Assembly: GCA_049318945.1 (NCBI GenBank) | Contig: JBMOEO010000004.1 | Span: forward strand, 10,904 to 74,903 | Direction of reading: 5' to 3' | DNA: 64,000 nucleotides | Origin: Phototrophicaceae bacterium | GTDB taxonomy: Bacteria > Chloroflexota > Anaerolineae > Aggregatilineales > Phototrophicaceae | Shown here: piece by piece, positions 17,860-26,904 of the stretch | Numbering within the stretch: position 1 is the first letter of the stretch | Layout: each line of letters opens with the position of its first letter | Notes under the pieces: generated by a model | Seen by the model: the letters and a program-made list of their open reading frames with translations, nothing else | The model's database searches: none | What the model was told of the DNA's origin: nothing | Translations under genes and position numbers: made by a program

Positions 17860-19845
17860 ATGATGCAACTCCAAAAAACAAAACTCCCCCTTGCGCTCAT
17901 TGTGATAACGATCTTGGCAAGCCTCCCTCGCCTCATCCAGCCCGGCTTAATGAATTTATCCTGGGATGAATTGAACCTGCTCTTTTGGGCGTTGCGCTTG
18001 GCACGTTACGGCGAATGGATCTGGATTTCTAATAACTGGTTAGGGTTCATCGCCAGTTGGATTCCCATAAGTTACCACTCCCCCCTGAACAATTACGTGG
18101 TTGCACTGGCGTATGCGGTCAATGGGCATCCGCTTTCCCCGCGCATCTTGATGGGTATCTTCGGCACGTTAGCGGTGGCACTCACCTTCACCTACACCAA
18201 ACGTTACTTTGGAAGCCATGCAGGATGGATAGCTGGGCTATTGTTCGCCTTCAATCTAGGCTCCATCGAATTAGCACGCCACGTCCTCAACCCCAACCTT
18301 GCGCTCCCCTTCTTAGGCGGCTGGGCATTCACCGCTTTGGTGGGCTACTACGATCAACGACGCTGGGCACAAATCACGCATTGGGTCTTGCTGGCATGTG
18401 CGATTCAGTTTCAGCCAGCCAACATCATGCTTGCCCCATTCTCGCTGGCGTTGGTTGCCCTAGCACTTTGGCATCACCGCACGACATGGCACACCCTGCT
18501 TCAACAGACCTTGATTGGGTGGCTGTTGGGCGCACTAACCTTGATTCCGTGGATCATTGGGAGTTTACAGGAATCTGAAGGATTGATGCAGAAGGTCATC
18601 TCTGAAGAGCAATACGGCTTCAACTGGACAAACCTCAATCAAATTGCTTGGGCGGTTTGGGGGCAATTTGTTGAGTTAGTGGGTGGCATTAGCTTCCATC
18701 ATTTGCAACGTCTTCCGCTCACACCCATACCCACTTTGGCATGGGATCGTCCCCTTTGGATCATCGCTACACTTGGCTATGTCGCCTGTTTGGGAACGCT
18801 CGTATACGGCATGCGTAAAGGGAAGGATGGCATTCCTCTAGCATTTTTATCAGCGGTTTCGTTAAGCATCCCGTTGTTGACTTTTGTACTGGCGGGTGAA
18901 AAAGCACAGAGTTACTATCAATTCGCTGTTCTATTCGGGGTATTCCCTGTTTGGGGGTATCTATTGGGGCACGGTATCCAACAAAACAGATTCACCCGTA
19001 TCATGGCAATCGGGATCATCGGGGTGTACATCGGTGTTTCCAGCATCCAATATCTTGAGACACACCGATGGTATCAACAAGAAGGCTGGTATCAACCGTT
19101 GATGGCTCCTATTCCCGTCTTCCGCAACCAGTTAGAAACATGGGCGGCTGATGGTCAAGTCATCATGGTGGTGGATACCCACGACAGCAAGTATTATGAT
19201 GCCGACGCTCAACGCTACTTCTGGACGGTCTTGGGTGAAGGGCTACCCCTCCGCATCGTGAATCGCTTCACTGAACAGGGTATTCCCATTCCCGCCAACG
19301 GGGCAACGCTAGTGAGTTTAGACGGCGGGGCAACACTCCCCCAACTACCGATGCAGGGGCTACAAACCAGCGGACAAACTTCTGAAGGGCACGCGCCTGT
19401 CTTCCAGTCAGGACGCTTGAGCATGGCGGATGTTCCAGCATTGACGCTGTTGCCAGAAGGGGCAAATCGCTTCGCCAATGGGGTGACGATACTGGGCGCA
19501 TACTGGGATGTCATCCCGCAACAAAGTGGCGACCTCGCCCGATTAAATCTGTTATGGCATCCTGCTGATCCTACGCCCCTACACAATCAGTATCACTTCT
19601 CATTGCGTCTCATGAATGGTGAAACCACCGTTGGGCAACGCGACTTACGCTCGCTAGATTTAGAATTATGGCGACCAGAAGATACCGTATTGAATCCGTT
19701 TGAGTTGACTGTCAATGAACTATATGATCCATCTAAACCCTTAAGCGTCCTGTTGTTGATGTATCGTTATGAGGACACGGGGGGGATTGGTGCGGTGAAC
19801 GCGGAGGGCGTGGAGGTTGCGCCGTGGGTGATCTTGAAGGGGTAG
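17860..19845 (+). CDS. GT-C fold membrane glycosyltransferase-like protein (family 39-like)
   Basis: ATG at 17860; the track ORF starts at TTG 17845. Polytopic N-terminal 400 aa and a soluble C-terminal domain. Confidence 0.6.
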   Translation: MMQLQKTKLPLALIVITILASLPRLIQPGLMNLSWDELNLLFWALRLARYGEWIWISNNWLGFIASWIPISYHSPLNNYVVALAYAVNGHPLSPRILMGIFGTLAVALTFTYTKRYFGSHAGWIAGLLFAFNLGSIELARHVLNPNLALPFLGGWAFTALVGYYDQRRWAQITHWVLLACAIQFQPANIMLAPFSLALVALALWHHRTTWHTLLQQTLIGWLLGALTLIPWIIGSLQESEGLMQKVISEEQYGFNWTNLNQIAWAVWGQFVELVGGISFHHLQRLPLTPIPTLAWDRPLWIIATLGYVACLGTLVYGMRKGKDGIPLAFLSAVSLSIPLLTFVLAGEKAQSYYQFAVLFGVFPVWGYLLGHGIQQNRFTRIMAIGIIGVYIGVSSIQYLETHRWYQQEGWYQPLMAPIPVFRNQLETWAADGQVIMVVDTHDSKYYDADAQRYFWTVLGEGLPLRIVNRFTEQGIPIPANGATLVSLDGGATLPQLPMQGLQTSGQTSEGHAPVFQSGRLSMADVPALTLLPEGANRFANGVTILGAYWDVIPQQSGDLARLNLLWHPADPTPLHNQYHFSLRLMNGETTVGQRDLRSLDLELWRPEDTVLNPFELTVNELYDPSKPLSVLLLMYRYEDTGGIGAVNAEGVEVAPWVILKG

Positions 19846-19854
19846 GACGGGGCA

Positions 19855-19882
19855 GGGCAGGGCATACGATTCAACCCTGCCC
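19855..19882. terminator. GC-rich hairpin between convergent genes (no U-tract)
   Basis: GGGCAGGG-12 nt-CCCTGCCC. No T-run on either strand, so terminator function is uncertain. Confidence 0.35.
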
Positions 19883-19890
19883 ACCTTAGA

Positions 19891-20289
19891 TTATGCTTTG
19901 GGTGTGCGTGGTTCAATCGGCATGATGCTGAGACGACCATAGGCAATGAAAAGAGCCAAGCCTCCAAGCACCGCACTGGGGGCAATGTTACCCCATTCAG
20001 CGCGGATGCCGTGCGTGATCGCCGCACCCACCATCGTCAGTGCCAACCCAATCGCCGCAGCAGGGGTCAGGATGGGCATGATGCGCGTTAGAGCAGGCAA
20101 AATTAAGCCAATCCCCCCCAGCACTTCCAATACACCGATGGTCAAAATAATGGGCGCGGGGAACATCTCCGCCCATTGCATCCCTTGACTGACAATCAAG
20201 GTATCATACGGGGTGGTAATCTTCGCTATGCCAGCACCAATAAAGGCAACTGCCAAAAGAACTTGTATGATCCACAAAACATATTTCAT
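19891..20289 (-). CDS. DoxX family membrane protein
   Basis: 132 aa with four hydrophobic helices and a DoxX-like N-terminus, MKYVLWIIQVLLAVAFIGAGIAKI. Confidence 0.75.
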   Translation of the reverse strand: MKYVLWIIQVLLAVAFIGAGIAKITTPYDTLIVSQGMQWAEMFPAPIILTIGVLEVLGGIGLILPALTRIMPILTPAAAIGLALTMVGAAITHGIRAEWGNIAPSAVLGGLALFIAYGRLSIMPIEPRTPKA

Positions 20290-20383
20290 GTTGTTATATC
20301 CTCCTAAAATAGGTCAATGATCCCAATATATCCAATAAACGGACTACTGTCCACTTATGGAGTGTAGAATTTTCGTTAGAGAG

Positions 20384-20779
20384 TTATTGCTGTGACGAGG
20401 ATAAAAGAGATGCCATCACGGCGATTGCCTCATCCATATTGTCTGCAACCCGCACCCGTTGTTTGGCAATGGGGATCACTTGCCCTAGCAGATGGGTCAA
20501 CTGACGAATAGTCTTATCTTGCGTCACCACCACGGCGATACCGGCATTCGTTGGGCGTGACTGAAAAATGCTTGTTAGATGTTTGATGCCATTCCCACTT
20601 GGTAGGCGCAAGCTGTCGCTTAGATCCACGATGGCAGGGATGAGACGTGGCGCGAGGGGGGTGATGATTTGCCCAGATTCCTCCACTGCCCATGTGAACT
20701 CAATCCATGACCACGGATAAACAAATCGAAATAAAAGGACTTGCTCAAAATTGGAATGCCATTTTACGCTGACCGTCAT
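20384..20779 (-). CDS. STAS/SpoIIAA-like small protein (paralog family member G)
   Basis: 131 aa, 18 nt downstream of the Wzc-like gene. Shares the layout of the six other paralogs (W-containing strand 1, hxxhxD strand, P..G loop, C-terminal F/V..s...A helix). Confidence 0.55.
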   Translation of the reverse strand: MTVSVKWHSNFEQVLLFRFVYPWSWIEFTWAVEESGQIITPLAPRLIPAIVDLSDSLRLPSGNGIKHLTSIFQSRPTNAGIAVVVTQDKTIRQLTHLLGQVIPIAKQRVRVADNMDEAIAVMASLLSSSQQ

Positions 20780-20797
20780 AATGTGTTCTAACTCCTG

Positions 20798-22471
20798 CTA
20801 ACGTAACCGCTTAGATTGCTCCTCGGTGATCTTCATGATCGTATCCGAAGCATAATATGACCCATAACCATTGCCATAGTATCCCTCTTGGGTGAGGTCA
20901 GCGCGATTCAAGACCACCCCTAACACGCCTTGCCCCACGTTTTGGAAACGCTCTTTCGCCCGTAAGGCGGCGTTGCGTCGCGTCTTTTTGGCATCCACCA
21001 CCAATAAAGCGCGAGCATTGGTTGAACCTGCCAAGACTAGGCTATCCGATACAATCAAACATGGGGGAGTATCAAAGATCACCACATCCACATGAGGAGA
21101 TTCCTGAAATGCTTTGACCAAGCGACGCATCAAAACCGACCCCAAAATCTCATTGGGATTTTGCGGGACAAACCCACTTGTAATCACGCGCAAGCCACTT
21201 ACCCCTGTACGCTGGGCAGCACGGTTCAAATCATCCGCTTGGCTCACATCGAGATGTTGCGGTTGATAACCCTCTTTTAAGGGTTGGGCATGAAGCAACG
21301 AGGTTAGCCCTATTTCATTGGGCAAATTAAAAATCCGATGCACCTTCGGACGACGCAAGTCCGCATCAATTAACCATACCCGCTTGCCAGCTTGTGCTAG
21401 GGAGAGTGCCAAGTTCACAGAAGTCAGGCTTTTGCCTTCGCCGGGTGCAGTGCTGGTTAACAAGAAAATCTTTTGCCCGTTCTCTTCCATCGCAAAAAGT
21501 AAGTTAGCGCGGAGCGTATTGTACTCCTCCACCACGCGAGAGAAGGCGGGTTGATTGATGATGAGGCGCGGTTGATAGCCTTCACGGCGATTCTCTTCAA
21601 TGATGGAAATCACCCCGAACACAGACAGTTGAAGTGTTTGAGTGACTTCATCAGCAGTACGGTAGTGATCGTTCAAGTATTCAAAGACAATCGCAATGAC
21701 CGCCCCCCCTGCCGCAGAAACCACCGCCCCAATCAAGATGGCAATCGCGTTATTGCCGCTGGGGCGTTCGGGCACACGCGCCGTTTCCACCACTTCCAAC
21801 GAATTGGTACGCGCCTGTAAGCTGGTGACAATTTGGGTGAGGTCAACAATATTGGAAGAGAGTTGATTGATCTGATCGCGTAGCGCGTTGCGCGTGTTGT
21901 TCAATTCAGTCAAGGTGGCAAGATCAGACGTGGTTTCAATCGTGCCACTCACAGCATCCAGTTGGGTGCGAAGCCCCTCGCGCTCAGTTTCCAGATCGCT
22001 AATCTGTGTGCCAATGAACTCAATTTGTTGTTGATCGGTCTCATCAAGATTGGGGCTAATCTGTAACAAACGGTTCGCTAATTCGTTGGCGATATTGGCA
22101 ACCAAGATAGGATCATCAAAGGTTACTTCCAGCCTCAATAATGAAGTTGAGGGCAAGATGGTGGCGCGGATTTTGCCCTGTAACCGCGCAGGATTAAGCG
22201 ATAAGCCCAGTGCGTTCACCGTGTCTTGAGCGATGTCATACGACTTCACCAGTTGGGCATAGGTTTGTGCCAGCTCTTCTGCCGCGCGAATATCATTTAC
22301 TTCTGGATCAAGATTATTAACGCTGTTGCCAATCAGGATGGTGGTGGAAGCGCGATACACTGGTGGACGGGTGGCACGGTAAACAAAGGTCGCACTGGTG
22401 CCCACCAATACCATCACCACAATCAACCAAAGCCACCGCCGCAATACTCTTACATAATCCCCAAATTCCAT
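20798..22471 (-). CDS. Polysaccharide co-polymerase / tyrosine autokinase (Wzc-like, PCP-2)
   Basis: 557 aa. Wzz-type N-terminus with two TM helices and a coiled-coil periplasmic region. Walker A is TSTAPGEGKS, Walker A' is IDADLRRP, Walker B is VVIFDTPP. C-terminal Tyr cluster EGYYGNGYGSYYASD. Confidence 0.9.
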   Translation of the reverse strand: MEFGDYVRVLRRWLWLIVVMVLVGTSATFVYRATRPPVYRASTTILIGNSVNNLDPEVNDIRAAEELAQTYAQLVKSYDIAQDTVNALGLSLNPARLQGKIRATILPSTSLLRLEVTFDDPILVANIANELANRLLQISPNLDETDQQQIEFIGTQISDLETEREGLRTQLDAVSGTIETTSDLATLTELNNTRNALRDQINQLSSNIVDLTQIVTSLQARTNSLEVVETARVPERPSGNNAIAILIGAVVSAAGGAVIAIVFEYLNDHYRTADEVTQTLQLSVFGVISIIEENRREGYQPRLIINQPAFSRVVEEYNTLRANLLFAMEENGQKIFLLTSTAPGEGKSLTSVNLALSLAQAGKRVWLIDADLRRPKVHRIFNLPNEIGLTSLLHAQPLKEGYQPQHLDVSQADDLNRAAQRTGVSGLRVITSGFVPQNPNEILGSVLMRRLVKAFQESPHVDVVIFDTPPCLIVSDSLVLAGSTNARALLVVDAKKTRRNAALRAKERFQNVGQGVLGVVLNRADLTQEGYYGNGYGSYYASDTIMKITEEQSKRLR

Positions 22472-22662
22472 AACAACCCGCCTCCACAGCCTTCATACAT
22501 GCTTTATATAGTGCATGACCTACTGTGCAGTAGTATAGTAATTCTCAAGCTAAAATTCCATCCTACCGCGCTTCGCTTGTGAGGCGACCTCATTCCCCTA
22601 AAAATTTGCACCAATCATGATAAGGGTGCGTTATACTGAAATTGTGCTAGATGAGGCGAGGA

Positions 22663-22707
22663 GTGCTTTACGTCTATGCGTCGTACTGGAGCGCATCCGT
22701 AAAGCAC
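22663..22707 (+). other. 45-nt compound hairpin upstream of the three-gene cassette
   Basis: GTGCTTTACG...CGTAAAGCAC (10-bp perfect outer stem) encloses ATGCG...CGCAT (5-bp inner stem). It ends 87 nt upstream of the ATG at 22794. Confidence 0.4.
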
Positions 22708-22793
22708 GGTCAAATAGCGATCAGGAGAAGTAAGGTGGCATTAAAGATTTTTATTAAGTTTGCGATAAAAGTAATAGCATGGGGTGAATAATC

Positions 22794-23690
22794 ATGGAAT
22801 CAAAATTGGTATCCATCAGTCAAAATATTAACGATGAACAGCGAGACTATGATTATTTGTTTGATCTATGTGCGAAGTTTCGTTCCGTAAAAAATATGGA
22901 TATTGTCTTTGATTTTACAGGTTGTCGATTCCTTCGTCAAAATGCTGTTGCAATTCTTGGCGCACTGATACGGTTGCTACGGCAACAGGGAAATACAGTG
23001 GACTTCCGACGTGAAACTATTGAACAAAGTGTTCGTATGAATCTGTTGCAAAATGGATTCTTGTATGAGTTGGGATTAGGTGGCTCTCCCTGGAATGGCA
23101 ACTCAATCCCATATCGTGAAGATACGACTATGGCTGAAGATGATTACGCCGATTACTTGTCTGAAAAATGGTTGGGTAAGGGCTGGGTCAATGTCAGTTC
23201 AAACCTGCGCGATCACATTGTCATGCGTGTGATAGAGGCATATATCAACGTTTTCGATCATGCACAATCGCCCACTGGGGTAATGACTTGTGGACAGTAT
23301 TTTCCAAAAATGGGCGAACTCAGAATAACGATGGTAGATATGGGAGTAGGTATCCCACATCCCGTTCGGGAATATTTGAAACAGCCAAGTATGACAGCTG
23401 AGGATGCCTTGAGATGGGCATTTGCACCGACAAATACAACCAAAGACCAGAATAATTTTGCACGTGGCAATGGGTTGAAACTCCTCAAATCCTTCATGGA
23501 GGAGAATCATGGCAAGCTAGAGATTTACAGCGAAAACGGTTATGCTTGTATTGATGATAATGAAAACCGATTCGAAAATCGTTCTTCTAGCTTTCAAGGA
23601 ACCATTGTTCAAATCACACTGATTTGCGATACCGCTCACTACGCCCTACCAGAAGAGAATGATTATGACAGTGACGAATGGTTCTTTTAG
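22794..23690 (+). CDS. STAS-like N-terminal domain fused to a GHKL (HATPase_c) SpoIIAB/RsbW-like ATPase/kinase domain
   Basis: 298 aa. The N-terminus MDIVFDFTGCRFLRQNAVAILGALIRLLRQQG...MNLLQNGF is STAS-like. N-box is E148AYINVFDHA, G1 is D182MGVG, G2 is G225NGL, followed by GTIVQITL. No DHp/His phosphoacceptor domain. AT-rich. Confidence 0.7.
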   Translation: MESKLVSISQNINDEQRDYDYLFDLCAKFRSVKNMDIVFDFTGCRFLRQNAVAILGALIRLLRQQGNTVDFRRETIEQSVRMNLLQNGFLYELGLGGSPWNGNSIPYREDTTMAEDDYADYLSEKWLGKGWVNVSSNLRDHIVMRVIEAYINVFDHAQSPTGVMTCGQYFPKMGELRITMVDMGVGIPHPVREYLKQPSMTAEDALRWAFAPTNTTKDQNNFARGNGLKLLKSFMEENHGKLEIYSENGYACIDDNENRFENRSSSFQGTIVQITLICDTAHYALPEENDYDSDEWFF

Positions 23691-24062
23691 ATGATTGGAA
23701 ACCTCATGAACTACAGCATAAAAGAAAACATTGGTGCCAACGGCATCACGTTACAAGATGGACAAAAAGTATATGATGAGATTCATCCACAATTGAAGCA
23801 TGGGCAAGAAGTGATACTTGATTTTGCAGATGTGCGAATCGTTGCTTCTCCTTTTCTAAATGCTGCTGTTGGACAGTTACTTAGAGATATTTCGGCTGAG
23901 GACTTGAATCGCTATTTGAAGTTTACCAATCTACCTCCTGTCAAACGCCCGATTCTCAAGCGTGTCATTGACAATGCAAAAGAATATTATGGTAATGAAC
24001 AGATCCGCCATGCTGTTGATGCAACGATAAGTGAGGAGGCGGGTAGCAACGATGGCGATTAA
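23691..24062 (+). CDS. STAS-like protein of the DUF4325 type
   Basis: 123 aa. QEVILDFADVRIVASPFLNAAVGQLL matches the DUF4325/STAS core as I recall it. The ATG immediately follows the TAG of the upstream gene. Confidence 0.65.
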   Translation: MIGNLMNYSIKENIGANGITLQDGQKVYDEIHPQLKHGQEVILDFADVRIVASPFLNAAVGQLLRDISAEDLNRYLKFTNLPPVKRPILKRVIDNAKEYYGNEQIRHAVDATISEEAGSNDGD

Positions 24063-24669
24063 AGTCAACGCCAATGTTATCGACATCCGAATTGATTCAC
24101 CACGATCTAACGACATGTTTTTTGTGGATACGAATGTCTGGTACTGGGTGGGTTATACAAACGCAAGTATCGGTGATGAATCTAATCAGAGTGTTAACTA
24201 CCCAAAGTATGTTGGTGATGCGCTTTCTGCAGGTAGTTCATTGTATAGATGTACGCTTTCATTTGCCGAGCTGGCTCACAGTATTGAACGAAGTGAACGT
24301 ACCATCTTCGAGAAATCAACAGGTAAACAGATCAAGCCAAAGATATTCCGTCATGATTATCCAAACGAACGCGCAAACATTCTTACAGAAATTGAAAATA
24401 CATGGGTGCTATCTGATGGTATGACGGATGGAAATACTATCGAGGTTGATGTATCCGCTTCTATGGTGAGTGATACCCTAACGCGCCTGAAATCCGAAGG
24501 GCTTGATGGATATGATGCCTTCATGGTTGAAGCCATTTTAGCACGGGGGATCAAACAAGTCATAACCGATGATGCTGATTTCGGGCAAATCTCAGGGATT
24601 ACTGTGTTTACAGCAAATGACTTTTTAATCAGACAAGCGACAAAACAAGGTAAAATTAGGAGGCGATAA
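24052..24669 (+). CDS. PIN domain nuclease
   Basis: ATG at 24052, with GAGGAGG 12 nt upstream inside the preceding gene and an 11-nt overlap. FFVDTNVW (D26), ELAHSIE, YDAFMVEAIL and QVITDDADF give the four acidic PIN positions. 205 aa. Confidence 0.75.
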   Translation: MAIKVNANVIDIRIDSPRSNDMFFVDTNVWYWVGYTNASIGDESNQSVNYPKYVGDALSAGSSLYRCTLSFAELAHSIERSERTIFEKSTGKQIKPKIFRHDYPNERANILTEIENTWVLSDGMTDGNTIEVDVSASMVSDTLTRLKSEGLDGYDAFMVEAILARGIKQVITDDADFGQISGITVFTANDFLIRQATKQGKIRRR

Positions 24670-24797
24670 ATCACAAGGTGATTGCCATTGAGGATTGTTA
24701 TCCGTCTTTGCGCACCCTTATGAGCCGAGAGGTATATTCGTCACGGATGTAGCTCACCCATGACGAACAGCGACGGTTTGACGGGAGATTTTATACG

Positions 24798-25763
24798 CTA
24801 CTGCTGGCGAATCTTTTCGATCAGGGGTTGCAACTTCATCAAGCTAACCTCGTCCTTAAGGAAGGTCAGTGCTTCAACCGCACGTTCGATGTGACGTTCT
24901 GCCCATTCTAGTTGTTGGCGATTGAAGTAGTATTCTGCAAACGCAACATAATATGGCGTAGAAACGGTCAACTCGCCCTCATCAAATTCGGCAAGGTACG
25001 ATTCCAACTCATGCCAGTTTTCTTCTGCGCTCGTTTGGTCAGCATGATGAACATTGATGCGGATCTCATTCAAGAAAGAAGCAACCGCCAAGTAGGAAGA
25101 TTGGAATTGATCCACCATGTCCCATGCGTCATCATTGTAATCCCACGCGGATTGTAATTCGTTTTGTTCTAGGCACACCCTAGAAAGCACAGTATAGGCA
25201 TAATGAACGGTATCCACTAAATCTTCACGTTGTAAATCCACCACAGAGGGATGCCCAAACAGCGCGACCGCCTGCTTTAAGGTGGACTCCGCCAATGCCC
25301 ATTCTGCTTGTCGCACGTACACCACGCCCAAGTTAACCACGCTATCCATCAAAGGAGTAATCACCTCCACGTCGATGAGTTCGACGCTTTCAAAGTTATA
25401 CTCGCCGATGATGGTCTGATATGCTTGTATCGCTTGTTGCGACTCCCCCATCTTCTCATAGGTCGTACCGATGTTGTTGTGGGCATAGACGTATTGTTCC
25501 CAGTCTTCCCCATCCGCATAGCGTTCTGCTACCTCGTGATAGATGTCGATGGCATCGGTGTATTGCTCTTGCATGACATAATACGCCCCCAAGATATTCT
25601 TAGCATACGCTTCGGTGAGGGGATCGTTGAGCATTTCCGCTTGGGTGATGCCAGCATCTAGCAAGTCAAAATCTTGGTCAGGGTCATAATTCCCTGTTAA
25701 GATGCGCTCATAAATTGGCGCAAGTTTTTGAATGAGTAAGCGTGATGCAAGTTTATCCGCCAT
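24798..25763 (-). CDS. Tetratricopeptide repeat protein
   Basis: 321 aa with repeated TPR-like A..Y/G..Y..A helix pairs (ILGAYYVMQEQYTDAIDIY, NIGTTYEKMGESQQAIQAY and others). Confidence 0.7.
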   Translation of the reverse strand: MADKLASRLLIQKLAPIYERILTGNYDPDQDFDLLDAGITQAEMLNDPLTEAYAKNILGAYYVMQEQYTDAIDIYHEVAERYADGEDWEQYVYAHNNIGTTYEKMGESQQAIQAYQTIIGEYNFESVELIDVEVITPLMDSVVNLGVVYVRQAEWALAESTLKQAVALFGHPSVVDLQREDLVDTVHYAYTVLSRVCLEQNELQSAWDYNDDAWDMVDQFQSSYLAVASFLNEIRINVHHADQTSAEENWHELESYLAEFDEGELTVSTPYYVAFAEYYFNRQQLEWAERHIERAVEALTFLKDEVSLMKLQPLIEKIRQQ

Positions 25764-25823
25764 AGTAAGTTCCTTGTTGTAAACGATGAATCTCTATTCT
25801 TGAATGGGTTGGTTGATAACGGG

Positions 25824-26789
25824 TTAAGCGTATGCGTCTTGAATGGACTGCACCAGCGCATCATGAATCTGCCCATTAGAAACCACAACAAATGTATTTG
25901 CGTCTAACTGTTGCCCTAACGAAAAGTCCAGCGCGTTGCCATACATGTCGGTTACACGCCCCCCTGCCGCTTCAATGACTGCCACGCCAGCGGCATGATC
26001 CCATATCTTCTCTTTGTAGTCGCGCTTGGGGGAAAGGCGCAAGTAGACATCTGCCTCTCCTGCTGCGATCATGGCATATTTATCCTGCCCATCCATGCGT
26101 TCAATGATTGGCTCAACCACCCCTGCGCGTTGATAGATACCGCTAATCATGGCGTGGTCGGCGTGGTCGCTTTCAAAACTTTCTGCCGTGATGTAGCCGT
26201 CGCTGGGCAACCGTTTAGAAACGTGTATCCGTGTGGCTTCGCCCCCTGCTAGGTCAGTTTGCCACGCCTCCCCATTGAGCGCATAGGTCATACGTCCCAA
26301 ACCGCTGGGGCTAGAATAGCCGGGTGAACCCAGTGCCCCTGCAATGGGGCGATGATCTTCTAGTAAGCCGATTGCAATGGTATAACGCCGTTGCCCCAAG
26401 AAACCCTTAGTGCCATCAATGGGGTCAATCACCCACTTGTGCAAGGTGTCACGGTTGCGCCCATAATCCATCCACCCGATTACCTCTTCCTCCGTAACGG
26501 ACTCCCCCAACGTTTCGGATACCAACGTCACCACACGCTGGCGTTGATGAGGTTGTAACCCGCTCAAGAACTGTGTGCTACTCTCTTCGGCAATCACGCC
26601 ATCATCGGGGAAATGCAATGCTACAGCGCGACACAGGATCGCTTGAGAGCCATAATCCGCAATGGTGACGGGTTCACGTCCGGGCTTTTCAGCTGGGATG
26701 ACATCGGTTTGTTGCACACGACGGCAGAGGCTACTTGCCAATTGGACAGCATCGAGAATAGGTTGGAAGCGTTCAAGCGTTATGGGCAT
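25824..26789 (-). CDS. Inositol monophosphatase family / 3'(2'),5'-bisphosphate nucleotidase-like (CysQ/HAL2-like)
   Basis: 321 aa. WVIDPIDGTKGF and WDHAAGVAVIEAAGG motifs. Confidence 0.85.
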   Translation of the reverse strand: MPITLERFQPILDAVQLASSLCRRVQQTDVIPAEKPGREPVTIADYGSQAILCRAVALHFPDDGVIAEESSTQFLSGLQPHQRQRVVTLVSETLGESVTEEEVIGWMDYGRNRDTLHKWVIDPIDGTKGFLGQRRYTIAIGLLEDHRPIAGALGSPGYSSPSGLGRMTYALNGEAWQTDLAGGEATRIHVSKRLPSDGYITAESFESDHADHAMISGIYQRAGVVEPIIERMDGQDKYAMIAAGEADVYLRLSPKRDYKEKIWDHAAGVAVIEAAGGRVTDMYGNALDFSLGQQLDANTFVVVSNGQIHDALVQSIQDAYA

Positions 26790-26861
26790 GGGAATCCTTC
26801 AGCAAGGTGCATGAAATATTACGCCACATTATAAACGCATATAAGTTTTTGTGAAGAAGAT

Positions 26862-26895
26862 AAAAGCGCGGGGTCAAAAAATCTCCCGCGCTTTT
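26862..26895 (-). terminator. Rho-independent terminator after the 99-aa gene
   Basis: AAAAGCGCGGG-loop-CCCGCGCTTTT. On the minus strand the stem is followed by TTTTAT. Starts about 10 nt after the stop at 26905. Confidence 0.7.
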
Positions 26896-26904
26896 GGGTG
26901 GGGT

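Noticed and set aside
18057-18578. 173-aa alternate-frame ORF inside the GT-C-like gene; similar cases at 34964..35374, 1877..2194 and 14580..14939
   Set aside because: These are same-strand or antisense overlaps within long, well-behaved hydrophobic or enzymatic ORFs. Their composition is Arg/Pro/His-rich, with no start context and no motifs.
24737-24767. Inverted repeat TTCGTCA...TGACGAA between the PIN gene and the convergent TPR gene
   Set aside because: The stem is only 7 bp with a 17-nt loop and no U-tract. It is not distinguishable from chance.
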